DNA of 64,000 nt from Thermodesulfobacteriota bacterium (GTDB lineage: Bacteria; Desulfobacterota; Desulfarculia; JACQYL01): contig CAXXLZ010000001.1 in assembly GCA_963675595.2 (NCBI GenBank), positions 192,001-256,000 of the forward strand. The letters are read 5' to 3'. The translations under genes were made by a program, and so were the position numbers. Within the stretch, counting starts at the first letter, position 1. The number at the start of each line of letters is the position of its first letter. Positions 46,688 to 56,885 of this stretch are shown piece after piece. The notes under the pieces were generated by a model. That model saw only the letters and a program-made list of their open reading frames with translations. It searched no databases and was not told the DNA's origin.

Positions 46688-47955
46688 CGCCCGTATTTCT
46701 CCACCCGTACTTTGCAGCTGATGCCGTGGCCCAGCATGTTTTCGTAATTGCACGCCCGTTCACAAACCTCGGCGATCTTGTACGAAGCGTCTTTGGCGGC
46801 GTACTGGTAGGTCACCGTCTTGACGAATTTGCCCACGGACAGGCCGCCGGTGTAACGCGCCGCCTTCATGGTGGGCAGTACGTGGTTGGTGCCGATGGTT
46901 TTGTCGCCGTAGGCCACCGTGGTCTCCTCACCGCAGAACATGGAACCGTAATTCCTGCAGTTGTCCAGATAGTAGCGCCAATCCTGGGTCTGAACCTCCA
47001 AGTGCTCGGGAGCCCAGTCGTCGCTGAGTTGCACCGCTTCGTCCCTCGATTCGGCCACGATCACCTCGCCGTTGTCATTCCACGCCGGCTCCGCGATTTC
47101 CCGGGTCGGCAGCACTTTCAACTGCTTTTCGAGCTCGGCCATGCATTTCCGGGCCATGTCGGAGGAAAGGGTGATCAGGCACTGACGGGCGTTGGGATCG
47201 TGTTCTGCCTGCCCCAAGATGTCCGCGGCCACGATGTACGGGTCGGCGTAATCGTCGGCGATGACCAGGATTTCCGTAGGGCCGGCCAGGAGATCGATGC
47301 CCACGTCGCCGAAGAGCTGCCGCTTGGCTTCGGCCACGTACTTGTTCCCCGCTCCCACCACCATGTCCACCGGGTCCAGACCTTCCATGCCGCAGGCAAG
47401 CGCCGCCAGAGCGTGAACTCCGCCCATGCAATAGATCTCGTCAGCGCCGCCGGCCGCCATGGAATAGAGCGTGGCCGGATACATGCCTTGGCCCTTCACG
47501 GGAGGAGTGCACGAAACCACTCTCGAGACGCCGGCCACTTTGGGCGTGATTACCGTCATATGCGCGGAAGCCAGCATGGGGTATCGCCCCCCGGGCACAT
47601 AGGAGCCACTGGATTCGACCGGGATGATCTTCTGGCCGAGAAAGACCCCGGGCATGGTTTCCACTTCAAAGTCCACCAGACGTTTCATCTGTTCGGAGGC
47701 GAAGTTTCGAATCTGCTTCTGGCAAAATTCGATGTCCTCCACCATGCGGGGAGCCAGCTTGTCTTTGGCCGCACTGATTTCGTCATGGGATATTTTGAAG
47801 CTCTTGGGGGTCCATCCGTCGAATTTTTCGGAGTAGAACCGGACCGCGGCTTCTCCTTCACTTCGTACCCTGTCGATGATTTCAGCCACGGTGTCCCGCA
47901 CCGCGGTGAGGTCTTCCTTGGGTTTTTGCTTTGCCTGCTTAAGATGTTCAGCCAT
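46684..47955 (-). CDS. Histidinol dehydrogenase-family enzyme, HpsN (sulfopropanediol 3-dehydrogenase)-like clade
   Basis: YVPGGRYP; GNKYVAEAKRQ; AGPTE; QAEH; PEHL; GDKTIGTNHVLPT..AARYTGGLSVGKF. The GDK/RYTGGL pattern differs from the GDY/ARF.S.L of biosynthetic HisD. Confidence 0.85.
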   Translation of the reverse strand: MAEHLKQAKQKPKEDLTAVRDTVAEIIDRVRSEGEAAVRFYSEKFDGWTPKSFKISHDEISAAKDKLAPRMVEDIEFCQKQIRNFASEQMKRLVDFEVETMPGVFLGQKIIPVESSGSYVPGGRYPMLASAHMTVITPKVAGVSRVVSCTPPVKGQGMYPATLYSMAAGGADEIYCMGGVHALAALACGMEGLDPVDMVVGAGNKYVAEAKRQLFGDVGIDLLAGPTEILVIADDYADPYIVAADILGQAEHDPNARQCLITLSSDMARKCMAELEKQLKVLPTREIAEPAWNDNGEVIVAESRDEAVQLSDDWAPEHLEVQTQDWRYYLDNCRNYGSMFCGEETTVAYGDKTIGTNHVLPTMKAARYTGGLSVGKFVKTVTYQYAAKDASYKIAEVCERACNYENMLGHGISCKVRVEKYGR

Positions 47956-48021
47956 GTTTATCTCCCTGTTTTGGGCGGTGTCTCCCTTGGGTGAACAAGG
48001 AAGAAAACAGTTCGCCGCCCG

Positions 48022-48723
48022 CTATGCTTCCGACAGAACGGCCACCGCCCTCATGGGGGAACCGGTGCCCCCGCGTATCTTCAAGGGCAGGCCGATAAAG
48101 GTGAAACGCTTGCCCACCAACTTGTCCAGGTTGCAGAGGTTTTCGATATGCGTCACCCCGCGTTCGGCGCAGACGCTGTGGCACGGGTAGGTCTTGTCGT
48201 ACCACATGTCCGGACTGGGGGAGTCCACGCCGAAGTTGACCGCCCCCTGGTCGATGATGAATTCGGTGGCTTCCCGATCCAGCCCGGGAAAGTCCGTCAT
48301 GTATTCGGGCTTTCCGTAAAAACGGTCATAGTGGGCCGTGTAGAAGAGGACCGTGTCCCCGGGAAGAATTTTTTGACCGTATTTGGCCAGCTCATCCTCG
48401 ATCTTCTTTCTCCCGAATTGGGTCTTACGTTCCACGTCGCTCACGTCGACGCACACTCCGGGAGTGATGCACTTCTCAAGGGCGAGCTGATCAATGGATT
48501 CGGCGTTGGGATCGCTCGAAAGATGGCTCACCGAATCGATGTGGGTGGGCCCGTGATCGCAGATCAAAATGCCCCTGGTCTCGTAGGAGAAGCCGGTACC
48601 CAGTTGCTTCCGACACTCCTCGTGAGACAAGTGCGTCCAGATCACGGTCTTCAAATGACCCGGATACACAGGCATGCCCGAATAAATCTCCTGCGAAAGA
48701 TCGATTATTTTCCCCTCAAACAA
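48022..48723 (-). CDS. Cyclase-family (kynurenine formamidase-like) metal-dependent hydrolase
   Basis: DLSQ; HGPTHIDS; FPGL; GVDSPSPD; IENLCNL; GTGSPMRAVA. Confidence 0.9.
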   Translation of the reverse strand: MFEGKIIDLSQEIYSGMPVYPGHLKTVIWTHLSHEECRKQLGTGFSYETRGILICDHGPTHIDSVSHLSSDPNAESIDQLALEKCITPGVCVDVSDVERKTQFGRKKIEDELAKYGQKILPGDTVLFYTAHYDRFYGKPEYMTDFPGLDREATEFIIDQGAVNFGVDSPSPDMWYDKTYPCHSVCAERGVTHIENLCNLDKLVGKRFTFIGLPLKIRGGTGSPMRAVAVLSEA

Positions 48724-49801
48724 TGTTTCCTCCCGACATTTTGGGCTGCATCATCCGCCCGGTTTCCGAGCGGTAGCCCTTTTGATGGTACCCGCAGGTC
48801 TTGCGAACAACCAGTTCGGGTTCCAAAGTCACTTGGTACGGTTTACTGTAACCACGGCGTTTGCCGACTTTATCGATGATTCGTTGGGCCGCCAGCACTC
48901 CCATTTCTACGGAATGCTGTTCAATGGTCGTCATTTCGACGGTGCGCAGGGAGGTGGCTTCCACGTTGTTGAATCCCACCAAGGCCATGTCTTCCGGCAC
49001 GGAGAGACCCGCGTCCAGAAGGGCTTCGAACGCTCCCATGGCCATGTCGTCGTTGCATGAAAAAATCGCGGTGGGGCGTTCTTCGGTCGGTAATCCCAGA
49101 AAGTAATTGGTGGCCAGATATCCGCACGCGCTGAAGTAGTCGCCCTCGAAAAAAAGGTTGCGGTTGATGGGAAGCCCGTAGGTCTTCATGGCCCGTACCG
49201 CGCCTTTAAAACGTTCCAGTCCGGTGGATGTGTTCCGGGGGCCCCTGATGACGGCGATGCGCAGGTGACCCAGCTTGATGAGATGCTCCACCGCCATGAA
49301 ACCGCCTTTGACGTTGTCCACAATGACGTAGTCCATTTCAGGACAGGAATAGATTCTGCGAAGCACGGAGACCGTGGGGAAGCCTTCGCGGGCCAGCCGA
49401 GTGAGGTGCGGATCGTCGATCAACCCGCAGGAGGCGATGAGTCCGTCGATCCCCCGAGCCCTCATGTTCTCGATCTTCTTTCCCTCGATTTCGAGGTCGT
49501 CGAAGGTCGAGATGATGTTCAAGGAGAGTTCGGTGTGTTGAAGGACTTCCTCAACCCCGAGGCCGATCTCGGGAAAAATGGGATTCTTGGTGTTGGTGAT
49601 GAGCAGGGCCACGGAATCGGAGTGCCGGCTCACCAGGGACCGGGCCACCAGGTTGGGAGTGAAGTTCAGCTCTCGGGCCACCCGGAGTACTCGGTACCGG
49701 GTTTCCTTGGAGATTCCCGGTTTGCCGTTGAGCACCAGCGATACCGTGCTCGGCGAAACGTGAGCGATGCGCGCGATGTCTTTGATGGTGATTCGGCTCA
49801 T
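48716..49801 (-). CDS. LacI-family transcriptional regulator
   Basis: TIKDIARIAHVSPSTVSLVLN; PNLVARSL; VPEDMALVGFN. Confidence 0.95.
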   Translation of the reverse strand: MSRITIKDIARIAHVSPSTVSLVLNGKPGISKETRYRVLRVARELNFTPNLVARSLVSRHSDSVALLITNTKNPIFPEIGLGVEEVLQHTELSLNIISTFDDLEIEGKKIENMRARGIDGLIASCGLIDDPHLTRLAREGFPTVSVLRRIYSCPEMDYVIVDNVKGGFMAVEHLIKLGHLRIAVIRGPRNTSTGLERFKGAVRAMKTYGLPINRNLFFEGDYFSACGYLATNYFLGLPTEERPTAIFSCNDDMAMGAFEALLDAGLSVPEDMALVGFNNVEATSLRTVEMTTIEQHSVEMGVLAAQRIIDKVGKRRGYSKPYQVTLEPELVVRKTCGYHQKGYRSETGRMMQPKMSGGNIV

Positions 49802-49850
49802 TCCATTTACTCGCAGACCGGTGGTGTCGTGATTCGTGCCGGGGTCAAAC

Positions 49851-49875
49851 TAAAACGATTTACTAAAACGTTTTA
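49851..49875. promoter_or_regulatory. Tandem LacI-type operators
   Basis: TAAAACGATTTA (49851-49862) and the perfect palindrome TAAAACGTTTTA (49864-49875), with the central CG typical of LacI sites, ~50-75 nt upstream of lacI. Confidence 0.7.
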
Positions 49876-50294
49876 ACTCTTTAGTCGATTCGTCGCATTC
49901 GGGTCAAGAACTTTTTGCTTAATCTTAACTAATTGATATCTAAACATGTTTTGTGTGATTTGCGAAGGAGAAGCGTTTCTTTTACGATGACTGCAGGGCC
50001 GGTGGACGTTCACTTGGATCTCATGATTTCGCATTCGTCCCGGATATCGGGAGAGGGGCCTCATCTGTCTCGTTGTCCTGAAAAAGGAGCTTTCCCGTCT
50101 CCTTGCGAAGAGCGCCGTTTCTTTCCGCCGCGACAGCCGGGTGAAGACATGGGGAGGGGGTCCGAGTTGTATTCATGCCGCCCGTTCGGTTAAGATACGG
50201 AGCTTCAGTAATCGGCGCATTGGGCGAGCGGGATCGGACACGGGTTCTTGGGACCGCTGGACAAACACAACATCAGAGCTATGAGGAGTCGGGA

Positions 50295-51167
50295 ATGAGC
50301 AGCAGATCGTGGATCGTAACGGCCTTTCGAAGAATCGGGCTCCTAATGGCGGTGCTGAGCACCGTTTGCCTGTTTATGAGCGGCATGGGGTATGCCGAGC
50401 TGGAATGGATGCCCGGCAAGGGCTTCGATTTGGGAGAGACGCCGCTGGACCTGGCGGTATCCCCGGACGGACAATGGGTATTCGTCCTCTCCAAAGGGAT
50501 GTTGACGGTCTATTCGGAAAGCGACGGCAGCGTGATCGGCCGGACTCCGGTGGACCTGGACTTCGACCGTATCAGCATTTCTCCCAGGGATAACAGGGTC
50601 GTTCTGGCCGGCGGTGAGAAGGGCAAGGTACGGTTCATCGACGTGAGCGAGGTCTACTCGTTTGATCTTTCGGGACTGGCCTACAAGGGAGCGAAGGACG
50701 CCGAGGTGCCCATCGTGGTTTTCTCGGACTATCAGTGTCCGTATTGCGCCAAAATGGGTCCTTTGTTGGATCAGGTACTCCGGAAGCATCCCAAGCAGGT
50801 CAAGGTGGTTTATAAGAGTTTTCCTCTCGGCATGCATCAGTTCGCAAAACAGGCGGCCGAAGCCGCCTTGGCCGCGAACAAGCAGGGAAAATTCTGGGAG
50901 TTCCATGATGAGCTTTACAAGAATCTCCGCAGCCTTTCCAATCAGAAGATCGATGAGATCGCCAAAGAACTCGGGCTGAATATGGATCAGTTTCATCAGG
51001 ACATGAAGTCCGAGGAAGTCCGGAAGCTGATCTTGCGGGATCTGGAGGAAGGACGCCTGGCCAAAGTTCGAGGGACGCCCACAATTTTCGTCGGAGGCAG
51101 GCTTCTCAGACAAAGATCTCCGCAAGGATTCGATCAGCTGATTCAAGCCGCGCTCCAAAAGAAATAG
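50295..51167 (+). CDS. DsbA/thioredoxin-fold protein with N-terminal beta-propeller-like segment
   Basis: FSDYQCPYC; GKFWEFHD; VRGTPTIFV; signal/TM segment; LAVSPDG repeat. Confidence 0.88.
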   Translation: MSSRSWIVTAFRRIGLLMAVLSTVCLFMSGMGYAELEWMPGKGFDLGETPLDLAVSPDGQWVFVLSKGMLTVYSESDGSVIGRTPVDLDFDRISISPRDNRVVLAGGEKGKVRFIDVSEVYSFDLSGLAYKGAKDAEVPIVVFSDYQCPYCAKMGPLLDQVLRKHPKQVKVVYKSFPLGMHQFAKQAAEAALAANKQGKFWEFHDELYKNLRSLSNQKIDEIAKELGLNMDQFHQDMKSEEVRKLILRDLEEGRLAKVRGTPTIFVGGRLLRQRSPQGFDQLIQAALQKK

Positions 51168-51293
51168 CCATCATTGGAGGAGAAACCCGACTTTCGGGTT
51201 TCTCCGATTCCATCCCCTTCGTACTCGGGTCGGACGCCGGTTCTCCGGAGACGGGCGCGGCGGCCGGACCCTCCTCTCGTTGATCGGCGGCCT

Positions 51294-51354
51294 CCTCTCG
51301 TTCCCAAGTTCAACTTGGGAACGAGAGGGGTAGTTCAACTTGGGAACGAGAGGG
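51294..51354. repeat. REP-like palindrome with partial tandem duplication
   Basis: CCTCTCGTTCCCAAGTT-C-AACTTGGGAACGAGAGG followed by a second AGTTCAACTTGGGAACGAGAGGG. Confidence 0.75.
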
Positions 51355-51440
51355 AATCGCCTGTTTCAACCGTCCGTTGTCAGGGTGTGACGGCGCTCTC
51401 ACGCATAGAATCCTTCTCTTTTTTTTTCATCCCGGAGACC

Positions 51441-52610
51441 ATGGAGCAACGTCTTTACACCACCGGTTTCTTCGCCATGGCGGCTGCGAATTTCTTTGTG
51501 TCGGCAAGTTATGGTTCCCTTTTCGTTTTTCCTCTTTTCGTAACCGAATTGGGAGGCGTCAAATCCGATATCGGGATTCTCATGGGGTCTTTCACCCTGG
51601 CATCCGTTTTCTGCAGGCCATGGATTTCCGAGCTGGTGGATCGGTTGGGACGCAAACGGTGTTATACATTGGGAAGCCTGATCATGACCGCCGTGCCCTT
51701 GTTCTATTTGGGGCTCGACCGCGGAAATCTGGGCAGTGTCTATATACCGCTTCTTCTGGCCCGGGTCTGTCACGGGGTGGGACTGGCGTTGTGTTTCACC
51801 GCGGCATTCACCTTTATCGCGGACATCGTACCTCAGCACAGGCTCAATGAAGGGATCGGCATGTTCGGAGTTTCCGGGCTCGTAGGCCTGGCCTTGGGGC
51901 CCGTGGTCGGGGAAATCGTCGTACAGCGATCCGGTTTTGAAATGTTCTTTTTCGCCTCCTCCTGCCTGGGGCTTGCAGGTTTGCTGGGACATCTGCCCGT
52001 GCGCGACTCCTACGGGTATCGGCCGACCGTGAAGAGCGTCGGGTTTTTCTCGGTGGTTTCCCGGAAAAAAATGCACCTCATTGCCGAGATGTCCTTCTTG
52101 TTCGGTTTCGGATTGGCGGCCGCGGGAGGATTCGTGTTTCCTTTCGCCAGAGAACGCCTGCTCGACTTCGCTTCGGTCTACTACATTGCGTACTCCTCGG
52201 CGGCGATCTTGGCGCGGGTGCTCGGCGGGCGCTTTGTGGACCGGGTGGGAGAAGGCAGAGTGATCCCTTATGCTCTGGCTTCGAGCGGAGCCGGGTTTCT
52301 TTTTCTGATCCTGCTCGAAAGCACGTCCATTCTGATTGTCTCCGGGTTCCTGTCCGGATTGGGACACGGTTTCCTGTTTCCCTGTCTCAATGCCTTGGCG
52401 GTGCGCAACGAACCTGTGGAAATTCGGGGGAAGATTACGGGGATATTCACGGGAGCCATCGACGGGGGCGTCTTCGTGGGATCGATTCTTCTGGGGTATG
52501 TCGGTGAATGGACGGGATATCCCTCACTTTTTTTCGTGGCGGGGATTTCCCTCCTGTCGGGGCTCTGGGTGTTTCACATCCAAAGAAATGCCTTGGCCCG
52601 GGCGGTCTAG
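51441..52610 (+). CDS. MFS transporter
   Basis: About 12 TM segments; motif A LVDRLGRK and FVDRVG. Confidence 0.92.
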   Translation: MEQRLYTTGFFAMAAANFFVSASYGSLFVFPLFVTELGGVKSDIGILMGSFTLASVFCRPWISELVDRLGRKRCYTLGSLIMTAVPLFYLGLDRGNLGSVYIPLLLARVCHGVGLALCFTAAFTFIADIVPQHRLNEGIGMFGVSGLVGLALGPVVGEIVVQRSGFEMFFFASSCLGLAGLLGHLPVRDSYGYRPTVKSVGFFSVVSRKKMHLIAEMSFLFGFGLAAAGGFVFPFARERLLDFASVYYIAYSSAAILARVLGGRFVDRVGEGRVIPYALASSGAGFLFLILLESTSILIVSGFLSGLGHGFLFPCLNALAVRNEPVEIRGKITGIFTGAIDGGVFVGSILLGYVGEWTGYPSLFFVAGISLLSGLWVFHIQRNALARAV

Positions 52611-52636
52611 GACGCCGGAGCCCGGGACTCTTGAGA

Positions 52637-54040
52637 TTATACTTCCTGTACGCCTTCCATACAGTACTTGGAGAATTCGCGACAAATTTCGGTGGGGTAA
52701 TTCCCGTTGAAGCAGGCCAGGCAGAACGACTCACGGTCCATGCGAGTGGCATGGAGCAACCCTTCCAGGCTCAAATAGCCCAAACTGTCCAGCCCGATGT
52801 ATCCTCGTATATCGTCCACGGTGTGGCTCGCCGCGATGAGCTCCCCTTTGCTCGAAAAATCGATTCCGTAATAACAGGGGTACTGATGGGGCGGGCAACT
52901 CACCAGCATATGGACTTCCTTGGCGCCCGCGTCGCGCAGGGTCTTGATACGGGTCTTGGTGGTCGTTCCTCGGATCACCGAATCCTCGATGACCAACACC
53001 CGCTTGTTCCGCAGGAGGGATCGCACGGGGTTTAATTTGATGCGAACGCCGAATTCCCGCATGGATTGGGACGGCTGTATAAAAGTGCGCCCCACATAGT
53101 GATTCCGGATCATTCCCATTTCAAAGGGGAGGGAGGACAGCTCCGCGTATCCCAGGGCGGCATAATTGCCGGAATCCGGAAACGGCATGATCAGGTCCGC
53201 TTCCACCGGGAATTCCCTGGAAAGCTGACGGCCTTGCCTCTTTCTAACCTGGTATACGTTCTGTCCGAAGATGTCGCTGTCCGGCCGCGCGAAGTAGATG
53301 AATTCGAAAATGCAACTGGCCGTTTTGACTTTGGGAAACGGCTTGATGGATTGGAGTCCGTTCTGATCGATAATGACGATTTCGCCGGGCTCGATGTCCC
53401 GTTCATACTTGGCTTCCACGAGATCAAGGGCGCAGGTCTCCGACGCGAGAACATAACTCCCGTTCAGTCGTCCCAGACAAAGCGGTCTGAATCCGTGGGG
53501 ATCGCGAGCCCCCACCAGGGTGTCGCGAGTCATCAGCACGATGGAGTAGGCTCCCACCACCTTGCCCAGGGAGCGGACCAGGGCTTCCTCCAGCTCGCTT
53601 CGTGTTTCAAACGGAACGATGTGGTGGAGGAACAGCTCGGTGTCCATGGTGGTCTGGAAAATATGGCCTTTGCGTTCCAGCTCGGACCGGAGTTCCGCCG
53701 CGTTCACCAGATTGCCGTTGTGGCCGATGGCGATGCTCTGCTTGCCGTGCTGAACCAGGAGAGGTTGCGCGTTCTTGAACAGCGAGGAGCCCGTGGTGGA
53801 ATATCGGACGTGACCGATGGCCATGCTGCCCGAAAGCTCGGAAAGCTTGCGATCATTGAAGACTTCAGGGACCAGGCCCATGCCCAGGTGTTGGCGAACC
53901 GTCCTACCGTCGCTCGTGACGATTCCCGCGCTTTCCTGGCCTCGGTGTTGCAACGCATACAGCCCGAAGTAGGTTAGTTTGGCCGCGTCGGTGTGGCCGT
54001 AAATCCCGAAAACTCCGCAATATTCTTTGGGTCCGTTCAT
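52637..54040 (-). CDS. purF: Amidophosphoribosyltransferase
   Basis: Propeptide then CGVFG; LQHRGQESAG; GHVRYST; IEDSVIRGTT; Fe-S cysteines (CLAC). Confidence 0.97.
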   Translation of the reverse strand: MNGPKEYCGVFGIYGHTDAAKLTYFGLYALQHRGQESAGIVTSDGRTVRQHLGMGLVPEVFNDRKLSELSGSMAIGHVRYSTTGSSLFKNAQPLLVQHGKQSIAIGHNGNLVNAAELRSELERKGHIFQTTMDTELFLHHIVPFETRSELEEALVRSLGKVVGAYSIVLMTRDTLVGARDPHGFRPLCLGRLNGSYVLASETCALDLVEAKYERDIEPGEIVIIDQNGLQSIKPFPKVKTASCIFEFIYFARPDSDIFGQNVYQVRKRQGRQLSREFPVEADLIMPFPDSGNYAALGYAELSSLPFEMGMIRNHYVGRTFIQPSQSMREFGVRIKLNPVRSLLRNKRVLVIEDSVIRGTTTKTRIKTLRDAGAKEVHMLVSCPPHQYPCYYGIDFSSKGELIAASHTVDDIRGYIGLDSLGYLSLEGLLHATRMDRESFCLACFNGNYPTEICREFSKYCMEGVQEV

Positions 54041-54055
54041 AAGAGGGTCATTCCC

Positions 54056-54835
54056 CTACCAAATGTACCTGACGGGAATTCCGTGGTCCTTCAGATGATC
54101 TTTGATTCCGCGGACGGTGTAATTTCCGTAGTGAGTCATGGAAGCGATCAGGGCCGCATCCGCGCTTCCCTGTTTCAAGACGTCTTCGATGTGCTCCACC
54201 GTGCCGGCCCCGCCGGATGCGATGACGGGTATGCCCACACTGGTTGAAATCAGGTGCGTCAATTCGAGTTCGTATCCGGCTTGGGTTCCGTCGGCGTCAA
54301 TGGAATTGAGGCAAATCTCGCCGGCTCCCAGGGCCTCGCCCCTCTGCGCCCATTCCAGAGCGTCGATGCCCATGTAGGTTCTTCCCCCGTTGATCACCAT
54401 TTCATAACCGGATGGAATGGCCTCACTCTTCTCCACTTTCTTGACGTCCATACCCAGGACGATGCATTGGGAGCCGAAGGCCTCCGCGCCTTGTCCGATA
54501 ATGTCCGGATTGGTGACGGCGGCCGAGTTGACGCTGACTTTCTCGGCCCCGGCCAGGAGCACGTCTCTCATGTCCTGTACGGTGCGGATTCCTCCTCCCA
54601 CGGAAAAAGGGATGAAGACCTCTGAGGCGACACGGCTGACCACGTCCAGCATGATCCCCCGCCCCTCGGCGGAAGCGGTGATGTCGTAGAATACGATTTC
54701 ATCGGCTCCCTCTTCATAATAGAAGCGTGCCATGGCAACCGGATCCCCGATATCCACATTGTCCATGAATTTGATGCCTTTGGTGGTTCTTCCGTCTCGG
54801 ACGTCAAGGCATGGAATGATTCTTCTGGTGAGCAT
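54056..54835 (-). CDS. hisF: Imidazole glycerol phosphate synthase cyclase subunit
   Basis: [12 protein letters not shown]; VGGGIR; GAEKVSVNS; NSIDADGT; VIASGGAG. Confidence 0.96.
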   Translation of the reverse strand: MLTRRIIPCLDVRDGRTTKGIKFMDNVDIGDPVAMARFYYEEGADEIVFYDITASAEGRGIMLDVVSRVASEVFIPFSVGGGIRTVQDMRDVLLAGAEKVSVNSAAVTNPDIIGQGAEAFGSQCIVLGMDVKKVEKSEAIPSGYEMVINGGRTYMGIDALEWAQRGEALGAGEICLNSIDADGTQAGYELELTHLISTSVGIPVIASGGAGTVEHIEDVLKQGSADAALIASMTHYGNYTVRGIKDHLKDHGIPVRYIW

Positions 54836-55098
54836 GGGCGGTTTCGTACCTCTCAGCCAGGGATTTTGTCTCAAATATAAGTCGGGCGGGTGCAAGAGTC
54901 CCGGCCGAAGGAAAAAAATATCAGTATCACCTTGACCCGACGCTTGGCAAATTTTTCCTTCTCGGAAAAGTGGAAATATCCGACTTCGACGGTTGCGAAC
55001 CGCCGCCCCGTTCCGGCCGTCCGAGGTGATCTTCTTCACCCCGGGACATTCCCGAATGATTTCGTCCCTCTGCCTATCTTATCTCTTATCTTGTAGGC

Positions 55099-55485
55099 TC
55101 AGTTGTCCGTTTCTTTGCCTATCAGCTGATTGACGAATAATGCCGTTACTCCGATTTCGTCCTTATTGGGGATTCGTACCTGTACCGGTTTGCCGTCGAC
55201 AAGGTAGCTTTTGAGCGCGATGTTGATGGCGGAAATGGGGGTGATCACCTGCTTGATCAGGAAGAAACATACAATGAATCCCAGGACCGCCCCCAGCACG
55301 CCCACCGTCACTGCGGTTTTCTGCAGCTGGTCGAGCAAAACGAGCACCTGAGGGTCCGCGTGGGGAATGGCGTCCTTGATTTTCTGAAGTCCCTGATAAA
55401 ATACCATGGGGCCGTAGCCCGAACAGAGGCCGATGACCACCAGGAAGGCGACGATGAATTTGTTGATCAGTTTAACGTTGTTCAT
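55099..55485 (-). CDS. Small 2TM + HAMP-domain protein
   Basis: Two TM helices, then ITPI...NKDEIGVTALFVNQL and stop; AAGGAG RBS. Confidence 0.7.
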   Translation of the reverse strand: MNNVKLINKFIVAFLVVIGLCSGYGPMVFYQGLQKIKDAIPHADPQVLVLLDQLQKTAVTVGVLGAVLGFIVCFFLIKQVITPISAINIALKSYLVDGKPVQVRIPNKDEIGVTALFVNQLIGKETDN

Positions 55486-55526
55486 GGGGTTCTCCTTATT
55501 GATTTTCCCGTGCTGAGGGCGCTGGG

Positions 55527-56576
55527 TCATGAAGTCGGCTTCGAGCGTTTCTTGAAAACGAACTTGGAGAGTTTTCGCGCCTGTTCCTGAAGGTTTTCCA
55601 CTCGGTCCGTTTCATCCACGATTTCCTCTCCGATGATCTCCTCCACTATGTCCTCCAGGGTAACGAGCCCTTCGATGCCTCCGTACTCGTCCACGACAAT
55701 GCATATCTGCTCTCTGCGCTTCAAAAGATGGCGCAGGAGGGTCAGACAATTCATGTTTTCCGGCACAAAGGAAACGGTCTTCACCAGGGACCGGATGGGG
55801 TCTTCAGGCTGATGCCTCGCCATTCTCGCAAGGTCCTTCAGAAGGACGTAACCCCGGATGTCCTCGAAGGAGTTTTCGTACACCGGGATTCTGTTAAACC
55901 CTTTGGCATAGGCGGGTTCATAAACTTGGTCGGCGGGGCACTCCCCGCTCAGTGCATAGATTACCGTCCTGGGAGTCATGACGTCTCGGGCGATTCTTTC
56001 CTCGAGTCCGATGATGTTCACCACCATCCGGCTTTCCATGTCGGTGATTTCTCCTTCGCGGGCTCCCAGACGAACCATGGCCAGAATTTCGTCTTCGGTG
56101 ACGCTTACGCTGCTCTGCTTGTTGGTGATGACCCGGGTCAGGGCCAAACTCATGCGTACAAAAGGAAACAGGATCCAGTTGAGCAGCTTCAGGGGAGTAA
56201 CGATAAAAGGCCAGAAGAATCGCCAGTAAACGGCTCCCACGGTCTTGGGCAGAATTTCCGAAAACACCAGAATGCACATCGTAAGTCCGATGGAAAGCCA
56301 CACCACCCATTGAGAACCGAGCACGGAATTGGCCAGGGATCCGGCCAGGGTGGCGCCGGCGGTGTTGGCTACGGTGTTGAGGATCAGGATCGAAGCCAAG
56401 GGACCGGCGATGGTCTTTTTCATCTTTATGAGGTCTCGCGCCTGACGGACGTGGTTGTGGGTCCGCAAGGCCGCCTCCAGTTCGGCGCGCCGGGTGGAAT
56501 AGAGCACCGCCTCGAATAGTGAACAATGCATGGAAATGGTCAAAGTCGCCGCAATGACGATGATGAGAGTGATCAT
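55527..56576 (-). CDS. CNNM/hemolysin-family (DUF21 + CBS) protein
   Basis: CSLFEAVLYS; ILNTVAN; FSEILPKT; VMTPRT; VVDEYGG..GLVTLEDIVEEIIG. Confidence 0.92.
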   Translation of the reverse strand: MITLIIVIAATLTISMHCSLFEAVLYSTRRAELEAALRTHNHVRQARDLIKMKKTIAGPLASILILNTVANTAGATLAGSLANSVLGSQWVVWLSIGLTMCILVFSEILPKTVGAVYWRFFWPFIVTPLKLLNWILFPFVRMSLALTRVITNKQSSVSVTEDEILAMVRLGAREGEITDMESRMVVNIIGLEERIARDVMTPRTVIYALSGECPADQVYEPAYAKGFNRIPVYENSFEDIRGYVLLKDLARMARHQPEDPIRSLVKTVSFVPENMNCLTLLRHLLKRREQICIVVDEYGGIEGLVTLEDIVEEIIGEEIVDETDRVENLQEQARKLSKFVFKKRSKPTS

Positions 56577-56885
56577 TGCCGTCTCCGGAGTTCAAAGCCC
56601 ATGCCGCTCGATGCGAGTTCCGCCTCGATCTTTCGCGATGTACGGAAACGTTCGAAGCGCCTCAGCATGATTCGTGCGGCGCTTCGAAGGACAGGGCACG
56701 GCCCTTTGAATCTCGTTTGGGGATTGGTCCAGCCACCGTTTGCGAGGAAAAAAGATGTCGGATAAGCTGAATAACGCTCCGTTCTCGTAACTTATACCAG
56801 GAAGAAGGCCGCCCTTGAAAGCCAAAAGACGCACCGCCGGCAACCCTGTCACAACGGTGGAGAAGCGTTTGCCGGATGTGCTCGT

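Noticed and set aside
46684-47955. Annotation as biosynthetic hisD given hisF nearby
   Set aside because: Motifs and catabolic context fit the HpsN-like paralogue clade; it is not adjacent to his genes.
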